Part shown: positions 7,401 to 17,300 of the stretch, piece by piece
Numbering within the stretch: position 1 is the stretch's first letter
Layout of the letters: each line of letters begins with the position of its first letter
Source: a virus
Lineage: Duplodnaviria; Caudoviricetes
Reading direction: 5' to 3' (one strand)
DNA: 64,000 nucleotides
Virus record (IMG/VR): IMGVR_UViG_3300032272_000010
Span: 5,733 to 69,732 of that record
Position numbers and translations under genes: made by a program
The notes under the pieces: generated by a model
Seen by the model: only the letters and a program-made list of their open reading frames with translations
What the model was told of the DNA's origin: nothing
Databases searched by the model: none

Positions 7401-10082
7401 AATAAAGGCCTGGGACGAATAAACATCACCTGGGTTCTCAAGATCACCCGAGTTGGCAACAGCAGCGGCAGCAGTCAAGTAGTAACCTGCAGGCGGTGCC
7501 AGAGTCAGACCTAGGAAGTCCATCGAGCCACCCGTAGGCACTACACCCGCAATGTCTGTTACGCTACACTTATAGATCTTGACAGTCTCGCGATACTCCA
7601 CTAGAGGGTCTAGAAGCATATTAATCTGCAGTAGAGGCCAACTGGAGCCTGTCTGAGTGTTGTACTCGGGTGCTGAAAAGCCTTCCGATGACCTCGCAAC
7701 AACTGTTAATGTGTAAAGCCCTTCAGTCATTACAGGTATGTCGAAAGAAGTCCCTGCAGTCTGCCCTAGAACTATCCAAGGGTCTCCTGGCAGCACTGCG
7801 AAGAGAGGCTTCGCTAATGCTCTCACTTCATACATAACCGTGCCACGCCCTTCAGCAGCTGTCCACGTTAATGTTCCTGCTTTGAGAAGAGTAGCGTCAC
7901 CAGTTGCAAGAGGTATATACTGGAGATTGCTGGCTTGTGTGATGTTCTCGTCTAGGTAGTGGTTGTAACCCTCGACAATCTCATTATCAGGTGCATTCCA
8001 TGCAAAATGCCTGCAGTCAAAACGCTCGCCTTCTAACTCAAGGTTGTTATTGTCATTGATTTTAGTACCGCTCAGGAGCAGAAGTTCACCTGAAGTGTTT
8101 AGGACTGTGCTGTCGAGTTGCACAACATCACCTGGCTCTAGGTATAGAAACTCACGAGACAACGTAAAGGATGTCTGAATGGCTTCTCTGGAGCGTCGAA
8201 CAGTCTCTTCAGCAAAACTGAGAGCTTGATGGTAGTTTGTCACACCATCTTTAAAGTATTCAGACTCGAGAAGGAGACCGTTGTCTTCCTCTAGATATGT
8301 CTCATAAACCACGTCAGAAACATCCTCTGGATGCTTGCGAGGCCATCTAGCTACGTCTTCCTTGAAGTCCTTAGATTCGTTCAGGAACTTGACTGAGCAA
8401 TGGTTGAACCTATCTTTCAGGTCAGGCCATTTAACAGCAATATCTCCATCAAGGATTAGATCATCATCAGTGAGATAAGCAGCTACCAGGCCACGGCCAC
8501 CGCGTTCCCAAACAGAGCCGATAGTACCAACTGAAGGGGCCGTACCTGTGGTATTTGACATCGCTCGAAAAAGGTCTAGCTTACCTTCGTAGAAAGCCTG
8601 GACAACCTCACCGGTGAGATAACTGTCAGCATCTAGATACTCTACTGGATACATGAGGTTCAGCTTATATACACCATCTGACCATACAAGTTTAGCATTG
8701 GTCATTGTGTCTACTAGCTTCTTAACATTCTCACGCACGTCGTTCTTAGTGTCAACAATGAAGTTGGCCTCAAAGCGACTTATAGAGCGTACACCACCAT
8801 CACGACCTATACGTTCACGCCAGAAGTGGCCGTCTACGGGTAGCGTGGTTGAACCATTAACTAACATTAGCTTGCCACATATAGCTGCAGCCTTGCTGAA
8901 CGTCTCAAGATCCACTTCAGAGATACTCAAACCTAACCCGTACGTGCCATTCAGTAGGTAGTCCAGTAGAACCATCGCTGAGTTGTTAGAGTAACTTAGT
9001 GTGTTTTCTAGGGTGTAGACACCGCCTGCCTCAGTGATAGTATTACGAATCTTCATACCTTCAAGATAGAAGGCTACGTTAGGCACACCTGAGAACTGCG
9101 GCTCATCACGGTTCAGTTTAAAGACCATAGAAGCGTGAGCCATCTCAGGGTACAACGAAGTTGACTGGGAAGTATCATTAACTGTTAGTAAGGCATCTGA
9201 CTGACCTCCATCTTTGTAGAAGTGTATTCTAATAGAATCCTTATAACTGCTATCACGATAGTCTTTATCATCAACTTCCGCGAAGTAAGCACCTGAGATG
9301 CCTTCATAGCACACTGCCTGACCTACTATTAAGTATTCCCTGCGACTACCTGTAGCTGAAGCGCTGAGAGCGTCTGCCGACGGGTTTGTGACACCCCCTG
9401 TGACATAAGGGGTCTCTACCATTAACAAACCTGTTATGTTGTCGTAGGAAAGCACTTTGTAGCTGTAAGACACAGCGTTTCCTTCATAAAGAGCTAGCTG
9501 CAGAGTCCTGCCGATAACCCCTGAAGGGGCATCCATGGGATTATGAGTGAAGGCGACTGTCGCGTCTGGAAGAAAGTAAGCTGCTAATCCAGCATCAATT
9601 GTTACAGCGAGGTTAGCGGCGTTGTCCACCCTCGACAAAGTTCGTGCTGTGAAAGCCTCCTCGTGCGTCACAGTGTTACTGGAAGTCCACGCTTCGCCGA
9701 TAGGAGGCTCTGCGAGAAGCCCACTGCCCGTGTCAAACAGAGTAACCTTGACACCTGTTACGGGTTCTCCTAGACTGTAATTGTCTAGAGGGTATTCACC
9801 CCCGCTACTCAGAAAGGCTGTGGCGGCTCCTGGACTTGCATACTGGTAGTCGCTAGCAACTTTATGGAAGACGCGAGCGCCTGCTATCCTGCCCCTACCA
9901 TATACAACCTTGTAGCTGTCAATCTCCCCCTCTACTGCAATCTCAAAACCTTTCCGCTCGTCAGCCGCTTTCTTAGCGGCTTTAGCGGCTTTCCTACCTT
10001 CCGAATACTGATATATAGCCGAAGCTGCTGATAATACAAATGAAACTACTCCAAAACTCATAATTATACCTTCTTGCCCCAT
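4473..10082 (-). CDS. Tail tip attachment / central fibre protein (lambda J-like) with six internal repeats
   Basis: VVYGRGRIAG, FSGVPNV, YSNNSAMVLLDYLLNGTYGLG, WSDGVYKL motifs; FN3-like segment; position after Dit/hub genes. Confidence 0.8.
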   Translation of the reverse strand: MGQEGIIMSFGVVSFVLSAASAIYQYSEGRKAAKAAKKAADERKGFEIAVEGEIDSYKVVYGRGRIAGARVFHKVASDYQYASPGAATAFLSSGGEYPLDNYSLGEPVTGVKVTLFDTGSGLLAEPPIGEAWTSSNTVTHEEAFTARTLSRVDNAANLAVTIDAGLAAYFLPDATVAFTHNPMDAPSGVIGRTLQLALYEGNAVSYSYKVLSYDNITGLLMVETPYVTGGVTNPSADALSASATGSRREYLIVGQAVCYEGISGAYFAEVDDKDYRDSSYKDSIRIHFYKDGGQSDALLTVNDTSQSTSLYPEMAHASMVFKLNRDEPQFSGVPNVAFYLEGMKIRNTITEAGGVYTLENTLSYSNNSAMVLLDYLLNGTYGLGLSISEVDLETFSKAAAICGKLMLVNGSTTLPVDGHFWRERIGRDGGVRSISRFEANFIVDTKNDVRENVKKLVDTMTNAKLVWSDGVYKLNLMYPVEYLDADSYLTGEVVQAFYEGKLDLFRAMSNTTGTAPSVGTIGSVWERGGRGLVAAYLTDDDLILDGDIAVKWPDLKDRFNHCSVKFLNESKDFKEDVARWPRKHPEDVSDVVYETYLEEDNGLLLESEYFKDGVTNYHQALSFAEETVRRSREAIQTSFTLSREFLYLEPGDVVQLDSTVLNTSGELLLLSGTKINDNNNLELEGERFDCRHFAWNAPDNEIVEGYNHYLDENITQASNLQYIPLATGDATLLKAGTLTWTAAEGRGTVMYEVRALAKPLFAVLPGDPWIVLGQTAGTSFDIPVMTEGLYTLTVVARSSEGFSAPEYNTQTGSSWPLLQINMLLDPLVEYRETVKIYKCSVTDIAGVVPTGGSMDFLGLTLAPPAGYYLTAAAAVANSGDLENPGDVYSSQAFIRGTRVETTVAVTSWSPLVLDNPENSFKDLVVFARADSVPSTPSGGSYTFPEGPLSPPSGWFVDPPATGGSLLYISKAGAIGKGQYGLNVNTLVWSAPAVYSSDGIDGTSGVTITEGNSNHTFFADETGAADASEFSNDFTVYRGTDVLTYDDTVPYSADSYRYGVVNSSNVTPIIDAGGQITISSGSALMSGSTSTGYITVEVIDNTTGLTLGDYYISLTKVSSGLSGVAGVRGSGKFTFEEDASAYITAANATAYTGTIDTSAAQGVAAQVIAESADGYIRPNDLVTVADASAELAGTRVYTGAATNSSLTVSSANFSSLVVEVIDGSLVVNGTLSADALAADTVLTNALKVQSNLTLGTNGGVGVIRTPLKTSMADTDHGFYLEASNVPGDVYTRLHLGDAGGYLQFDSDTGIVKMKGLQVVDAADNIIMASGSGMDWDAIVDGGGTRPADNATVGADWDTNVLNKPSGLTTTYYQAAAPGSPSLGDFWIDTDDDKYYRYSGSVWELVQDTDIQQALSDAATAQGTADSKVLTFAQASQPTGSLGDIWIDTDDGNKLYRYNGSSWVAVDDGRIATALSDASNAQSTADGKIQSFYQTAEPSAGMSSGDIWIDTDAGNKQYRYDGSSWVDIQDSSITAAQADATQAILDAATAEGVADGKATTFVQATAPTAEGVGDLWMDTDDSNKLYRWDGASWIAYSQDYADWTKIVNIPSNIIETYYQASAPGSANTGDFWIDSDDDKTYRYNGSAWVLSQDSDVAAAISAAAGAQATADGRVSTFVQNSAPTANATGDLWLDADDNYNTYRWSGSAWVDINGDVVGSNNKITAANISTYMSSLAVDTLYLASQAVTIPSSAYSSGSVGFSTTTTWVVAQTITYTSTGAPANVVASIIVRNPTGSFELFGLRIRRGTTTLWETTGQGMRVHSGEEVAVTAAIGDIPSSGSTTYTIEIIGESGFSTMYADRRSLTVTEMKK
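4950..5985 (-). repeat. Six ~55-65 aa repeats (T.YQ..AP...GD.W.D.D..K.YRY.GS.W) in the tail tip protein
   Basis: Counted directly in the translation; mostly separated by A-rich helical linkers (DAATAQGTAD). Confidence 0.85.
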
Positions 10083-10675
10083 AAGAGTTTCAAACTCTCG
10101 GAGCCTTCGTAAACTTGATCAAAGGAGGTGTCGCCAGGGTACTTATCTTGCAAGTACGTCTTCGAGGTCAACAATGTCCTTGAGATGTCTAGAGAACCTA
10201 CCGGTGAAGAGCCCGACAAGTTAAGCACAACCTCTTCATCAAGTGTTATGCTGTAAGCTGCCTCGTCAAGTCTACCTTGGTACAGCGTCATAAACTCAGG
10301 ATAAACACCACCAGGGTCTGTCGCAAACTCAGTGACACCTGAAACATTCACTAGACCTCCTACTACTTTCAGAGGTGAGCCAGTGAAGTGTGAAGTGTTG
10401 CCGCCACCCTCAATAAAGGGCTTCAAGGCATACTGAGGATCTACGATTGTTATCCTATAGGCTTCCTTGTCGAGAATATCTGACAATCGGGGAGGGTCAA
10501 GTGAGCTCAGGCCATTATTGCTGTAATACACCTCACCATCGTAAGTGAAATCATAAGGTAGTGAAGTATACCTGAAGGCTGTACCTTCTTTGTTAGGGCC
10601 TAACTTAACCAGGAAGAACCCTGAGGTAACGTTTCTTGACATCAACTCTTGAAGAGTCGCTGAGAGCTTTCTCAT
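10064..10675 (-). CDS. Minor tail protein (hub/baseplate-like)
   Basis: Position between the distal tail gene and the J-like gene; FRYTS.PYDF.YDGEVY pattern. Confidence 0.55.
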   Translation of the reverse strand: MRKLSATLQELMSRNVTSGFFLVKLGPNKEGTAFRYTSLPYDFTYDGEVYYSNNGLSSLDPPRLSDILDKEAYRITIVDPQYALKPFIEGGGNTSHFTGSPLKVVGGLVNVSGVTEFATDPGGVYPEFMTLYQGRLDEAAYSITLDEEVVLNLSGSSPVGSLDISRTLLTSKTYLQDKYPGDTSFDQVYEGSESLKLLWGKKV

Positions 10676-11367
10676 AAGGCCTCCACGAATTTTACAGTAC
10701 CAGGGTCAGCAAGTATCCCATCTGAGTAACGCATCCCTATGACGGTATCTGCGTCATAGTAGGCAGACATAACAACATCCTCACCTAGCGACACCGCCTC
10801 AGTATCAGTCAAAGGGCCGACTAAGGGTGGGTGTATCTCTACCGACTGGTTAAGAGTCTCATCGGACATGCCGATAACCATGTAGACCTTAGGGCTGTTT
10901 GCGAATCTTATGAAGCCGCCTTCCACTAGACACGCACCGCTGTCGATTGCGAGGGCTATATTCACAGCCCCTGGTAGATGCACACCGTTGACTGCTGCTG
11001 AACCCTTTGAGACTACTAAACCTTTAGAGGGCACGCCTACCCCAAAGGCATCAGCTGCCTCTATAATGGGCTGAGGCATCCTTATGAAGACCAATGCACC
11101 GATGTCCTTTGTTATTAAATTGATGAAGAACTTGTGAGCAGCCCTGTTCATGAAGACGTCTGTTTCAATTTCCCACCGCTGTGCTGTGCCTACACTGTGG
11201 AGCCGACGTAGGGCTACCGTGTCTGAGGCTGAATTAGTTTTATGAGAGATCACTTGCAGAGGTGCTGCAAACACACATATCAAATCGTCCTCTGTGAAAG
11301 CTGAGGCAGCTGTTGCTATTTCTAATACACCGTACATGTACTTACTCCTTAAAGTGAGGAGGGCCAT
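10672..11367 (-). CDS. Distal tail protein (Dit-like)
   Basis: Immediately after the tape measure; AQRWEI motif and beta-rich inserted domain. Confidence 0.55.
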   Translation of the reverse strand: MALLTLRSKYMYGVLEIATAASAFTEDDLICVFAAPLQVISHKTNSASDTVALRRLHSVGTAQRWEIETDVFMNRAAHKFFINLITKDIGALVFIRMPQPIIEAADAFGVGVPSKGLVVSKGSAAVNGVHLPGAVNIALAIDSGACLVEGGFIRFANSPKVYMVIGMSDETLNQSVEIHPPLVGPLTDTEAVSLGEDVVMSAYYDADTVIGMRYSDGILADPGTVKFVEAL

Positions 11368-11381
11368 TACAGCCCTCCATA

Positions 11382-14300
11382 TTATCTACCTGCTTCGTGA
11401 TTGTTTCGGTTGACACCTTTTGCAATCTGAGGCAGCATCTTATAGATTTCGCTACGTGTTTGACGCGAAATATCGCCTGTTATGCTGATGTGGAAGGTCG
11501 AATCACCCCTTCCGCTAGCCATCGCTGGGCTGGGCTTGATAAGCGAGGTCGTAGAGCTGACTGAAGCACCGACCATACCACCAGTAGCATAACCATCTAT
11601 CCTGTTACTATTTATCGCAAACAGTAAATCTTTATGCTTAGCGGTTTGTGCTGCGTTGACAATAAACTCGCCTGTGGACAGCTTCGCATTGATGCTATCT
11701 GAGGTCCCAGTGCCTGGTCCTCTGAGAAGCCCTCCTGTAGCTGCATACGTACTGTAGTCCACGTAGCTAGACCCAGCTGAGGTGTCAGGAGCGCTGTTAC
11801 CCAGACCACCTAGCGCACCTACCACTGACTTGCCAATGCTCACAGCCAGCCCTAATAAGCTAGGCCCATCACCGCCGCCTGCTGTGAAGATACTATAAAG
11901 ACCTTTGAACAAGTTCGAGAAGGAGCCTGAGAGTATTGCCATTCCTGACTGGAAGATACCGCCTAACACCCCAAAGAAACCACCTTGCTTAGCTGAGTTT
12001 TCTCCCAACTTTGCAACAACAGTCGCTGAACCTTTCAAGCAAGGGTCTATACCTGTTTCACTACCGGGCACTGCACTACCGCCTTCAGAGCCACCTCTTA
12101 ACCATCCTGACACACTTCCCCAGAACTTTTGACCCAGGCCTTTTAGCTGACCTGTAAGCCAACCGTCCTCACCTGTTATAGGGTCTAAGAGCGCATCCAC
12201 AAAGGTGTCTAGCACCGAGGATGTAAATGCATCCACAACGCCTGTGATCAAGTCTTTAACATCACCTGAACCATCTAGAAGACTTCTAAACCCTTCATTT
12301 ACGCTGGAGCTCACTGAATCTGCAAATGTCTCAGCAGCAGCTCTCGCTTTCTCAGCAGGATCTCGACTAGCCGTCTCAATATGTTCAGCTATTTGTCGAA
12401 GTATTTCATTGTAGGTGAAGCGTGCGCTTCTCGCGAGAGGTCCGCCAGCTGCTTGCTCCACTGCTATTCGCGCATTGTCAGCCTTAGTGACGAGACTTTC
12501 TAAGTACGCGCTATTCACCTCGGTAAACAAGTCTGAAGTCTCCGACTCAAAGCCTATATCATGCAGCGACAGACGGCCCTGTAAGTTCTTGACAACAGGC
12601 GCTGGCCCTTTGCTAAGCTGTTTCTGAAGCACTTTTATCTGCTCTATGAAAGAGACTACAGGCGCTGCTGAGACACCATCAAGATCGGCGGTCTCCATCT
12701 TTGCAGCCCAATTAGTAGCTCTATTGAACATACTTATCAGCTCAGGCCTCGAGAGCTTATGGAGGTTCTTCTGGAGACTTTCCAGTGCAGGGTAAGCCTC
12801 GACTATCGAGCCCAATAATTCGCGATTAGACAACGAGTCCACATTCTGCGCACTTACCGAGGACTTTCTATTGGCCTCCACTTTAGAGCGCCTTGCCGAT
12901 AACGAAGTAAATGTCGATTCCACTTCAGCGAGATCTGCTACTAACTGGGAGATGTTCTTGACGTTGTTTTCGTCTTGAAGCGCAAGTCTGATACCCTCGG
13001 CCTCTTGACGTGCAGCGAGAAGACCTGCAACCACGCCATCATCCATGTACTGGTACAGGGCTTCATCAATACCTGCAGCACTGAGACTTTCCAATATCTT
13101 AGTAGGCGTCGAATGGAGGCCTTTCAAGGCAGCTTCCGACAAGGTTCTTTGGAATGCTGCCTGCCTCTTGAGTATCTTAGAGACCTCTGCAAAGTCTGCA
13201 TTCTTGCCTAGTGCAGCCATTTCATGCGAGATGCTACTAAGGCCCTTTGAGGCGGCCAGTAGCTTGGTCAATTCAGCCTCGTCGAACAGACTCGTATCTG
13301 AGATACCTATTTCAGACAGTGTAGAGGCGAGCGTCTCAGCTGTGTAGTTGACTTTTGTAGTGGCTAGCTTAGCCAGTCGCAAATCTTCTAGAGCGTCCTC
13401 GATAAATGATGGCTCATTTGTGTACATAGCTCCTGACAAGCGTGTCAATGCACCTGACACAGAGAGAATCTGCTTCTTGGCCTCTCCAAGCCCTACATTA
13501 CCCACCAGTGTGTCGAAAGAGAGCCCTACAGTGTCCGCGAGCTCTTTCAAAGGGTCTGCTGAGAAGTGAGAATTGACTGACTCCTCAACTATCTTGGCGG
13601 CTTTCTTGACGTAGTCGTCTAGGGCTTTTCGCTTGTTCTCTATCTCTGGAACAAGATCCAGCTCGGCCTGCCCCTTATTGGATAAGAAGCTGAGTATACC
13701 TGTGCTACCTGTAGTGGTCTTGAAAGATTCATTACCCTCTTCATTAAAAGACTTCTTGAAACCTTCCAGTTCTTCCAGGTCTTTCAGCAATTTGGCTTTG
13801 AAAGATTTAGAGAAACCTGCTGTGGTTGTTTCAGAGAACACTGGCAGAAGTTTAGCCATACGCTCATGGAATACCTTATTATAGGCACTTGCATCATTGT
13901 ACGCGAGGCTCTGCACAAACTCATTAAATTCACGACCTAGCAGCTTTCTATTCGCCAGATTGTTATTAGCCTCACCGGTAGTGCCGATATCTTCATCGGC
14001 AAGCTTCGAGGCTCTTTCACCGTAACCCTCTAGGACACCTAGGTCACCAGGCCTTAGCGCAAAATCTCGCGTATTCAAGGTCAAGTCTAGCTTACTCAAG
14101 TTAGCTTCAAGACCCGCGATACGTGAATCAAAAGCCTCTATCTGAGCTGCTCTCTTGGCAAAGGCAGAACCACCTGACATAGCATCCCGTATGACCTTCT
14201 CATAGCGATACACTTTCTCTAAAGCGTCTTCTATTTCGAAAGGATCTTGTGGCAACTGCCCCGGAGTGTTGACTAACTTATCGAAATCCTTTGCGTTGCG

Positions 14301-17300
14301 GTAGTAGCCTATCAAACCCCTGGACAACTCTTTCTGAAAGGTGGAACCGATATCAAGTTCCAACGACTCAAACTCAGATACAGCAGCTGTCAGTTTATCA
14401 AAACCGATGGGTTTAACATTGGCACCAAACACATGACGCCCTTCGCTTAGAGCATCTCGGGCTTTCTTACGTTCGCCTCTCGTCGCAGAGGGGTTCAATA
14501 GAGTCGTAAAGCGTCTCTCTGCAATCAAAGCATCTACAAAGCCCTGACCGATCTCTCCACCGATAGACGAACTTCTCTTGAACAGGTCATCCATTGAGGC
14601 CTTGAACTCACCCGTAGAAAAGGCTTGACGTGATCTAGCCGCATCAAGTGTTGACTCCATCCCTCTTTTCAGAGTCTCTATCTCTTTACGCAGGCTGGCC
14701 TCGACGCGTCCTGAGTTGGCCTTCTGATCAGCGGCTTCACCGATCCTATCCTCCAGTTGCTCAAGCCGCCGCTTGATCTTGTTAGTGACTCTCTTGCCAG
14801 CCCTGTCCATATCTATCTCAGGGATGTACCAAGTTATCTTGAACTCTTGTTTAGCAAACTCTGCCAGCTCTTTAGAGAGGCCTGTACTCTCGTCAGTCTG
14901 AAGCTCTTTCTTCCAAAAGAATATAAGCTTCTTAGCAGCTTCTAACTGCTTCTTGACGCTTTCTAAGAACGTACCTTTCTCACCAAACAGGAAAGTGTAC
15001 AGAAGGCCTGCGCCTACAGTGACCACTCCGACTAGCGCCGCAATAAGTAGAGCTGGGACGCTAACGACAGCTGAAAGAGCGATACCAACAGCTGCGGCAA
15101 CTCGTACAGCAATCTTCCTGACAACACCTAAGAGGCTTGCAAGGAATGCCTTTCCAAAGGAAGACGCTGCAACAACACCTGCGATAGTGCCGAAGGCAGC
15201 ACCAAACTCGCCACCTAACTGGGAACCGAGAGTTCCCCCAATAGCTGCGCCGAGAAGCCCTGGTAATAAGCTTCTCAAAGGTGACATAGCGAGTAAGACT
15301 GTTCGAGACACACCTACTGCGTAACTACCAAAAGCAGCTAAAAGACTGCCTGCATGACCGGCCACCTTGAAGGCAGTGTCTTTCGAGATAAACAGGAGAG
15401 CTAGCCAGCCTACCGTGATGGTTTCTAGAACTGTGCCAACAGGATTACTATTGAAGTTCTTTTCAAACGAACTGAAGAAGCTATCTAGGACACCTACTTC
15501 ACCTAACTGATCGGCAGTGTCTTCACCTGCTCTCACGATACTACTAAACAAGAATAGCACCGCACCAAGCACAGCGAACTTACCATACTTAGAGAACAAG
15601 AACTTCTTGAGAACGCCTTGTATACCACCCTTCTGGTCTAACTTATATTGAAAGGCAAAGGATGCAGCGAGTATATCTCCATACAGCTTTGTGACAGCCG
15701 TTGAAATAGCTGCAAATTTAGTTGAGAAGAAGTCGCCGCTAAAAGCTCTCTGGAAGCCTGCCGCAGATTTAGCGAAGCCGACCTCCATACTAGTGCTAGC
15801 ACCAATAGCCAGATTCCTGACGTATTTGTAGAACTTAGCAAAACTCTTGACGCCTGTATCGATCGCGTGATCAAGCTGTTGGTTCATGTCAGTAGAGAAG
15901 GCTTTTACAAGATCTCCCAGGCCTTTAAACAAACTCGCTTTAGAGAAGCCCTCAAGGCTGAAAATCTTATCAAAGGTCTTTGAGCTTGCGATACCAGGTG
16001 CAAGCTTTGCGAACAAGCTTACGAAAACGGAGCCTACCTTCTTTATCCCACTAATTATACGTGGAATGCCCCCAGCGCCAAACAGCGCAAAGTACATCAA
16101 ACCGCCCTTTACAGCGAACTCAAAGAAAGAACCCTTCTCTAGTACTCCATCAAACACACCTAGATATGCAAGAACGGAACCTAACGCAGCGATGATCTGG
16201 AGGGTGGCACCTTTGCCGAATAGCACTGAACCTATCACGCCTTTCTTGCCAAACGAAGAGGCTACCTTTCCTGCAAGGGTCTGTATCTCCTCAATGTATC
16301 CAGGAAACACCCCTAGGTGTTTCAACAGGTTGAGCACAGAAGGCCCAAAGAAGTAAGCGCCCAACAGCCCTAGAGCGCCTGACGTACCAGTAGCGTCACC
16401 TATAGCGAATATCCCTGCTATGGCTGTACCTATTACAGGAATGCTCTCTAAGAAGGAGCGTGTGAAGCTAGAAGCAGCAGCTGCAAACCCCTTAGCAAGA
16501 TCGGGTAGGCTTCTAAGGATAGCACCTGCTAAAAGGCCTAGGGCTTCACCGATTATTGAACCTAGACTTCCTTCAATTTCCTTACCTGTGAGTCTTTCAA
16601 TAAACTGTGATGCTACCCCTAAAAGAGTGTGCAAGAGCACTTTGCCAAAGGCTTGTGGTATAGACTTAGCTTGGAACAGTTTTGTGAACTGCCCTACATT
16701 AGCCACGACAGTTGCAGCTAGCAACGTTTTAAGTGTTACACTAGCCTTTACAAAAGCTTCTGAAACAACATCACCAAGCTCCGTGGCATCTATCAAGTTG
16801 GAGATACTAAACTTTGAACTCTCAAAAGGGTTCTGTAAAGTGAAGGCTGAGCCATTCAGAGCGCCAGCACCTTGTTCATACAGACTTTTGAAAACTTGTT
16901 CAGCACCTCTCCTGAACTTGAGCAGACCTGCTTTCGACTTGGCCCACAACGTACTGGAGCCGTTGACCACACTGTCTACGAGGTCTGTCCACCAAGAATT
17001 CCCTATCACTTTGTCGTAAAGCCAGAAGAAAGCTTTCTCAGCGCCTTCAGCGAACTTCTGAATACCTTTCAAAGCAACTGTCAGACTATCCACCAACAGT
17101 GCTGTAGCAAACGCACCTGAGAGTATCACAAGATTTTGAGCGATACTCAACAGCACAGGCGTTATTGTGGCACCTGCCAAAACCGCTAGACTGAGCTGTG
17201 CAACGAAATTAGAGATGACATAACCTATCGCTACGAACGAGACATACACGGAGGAAGCCACAAGTGAGAGGGTTGCAAAGGCAACAACTACAACGCCAAG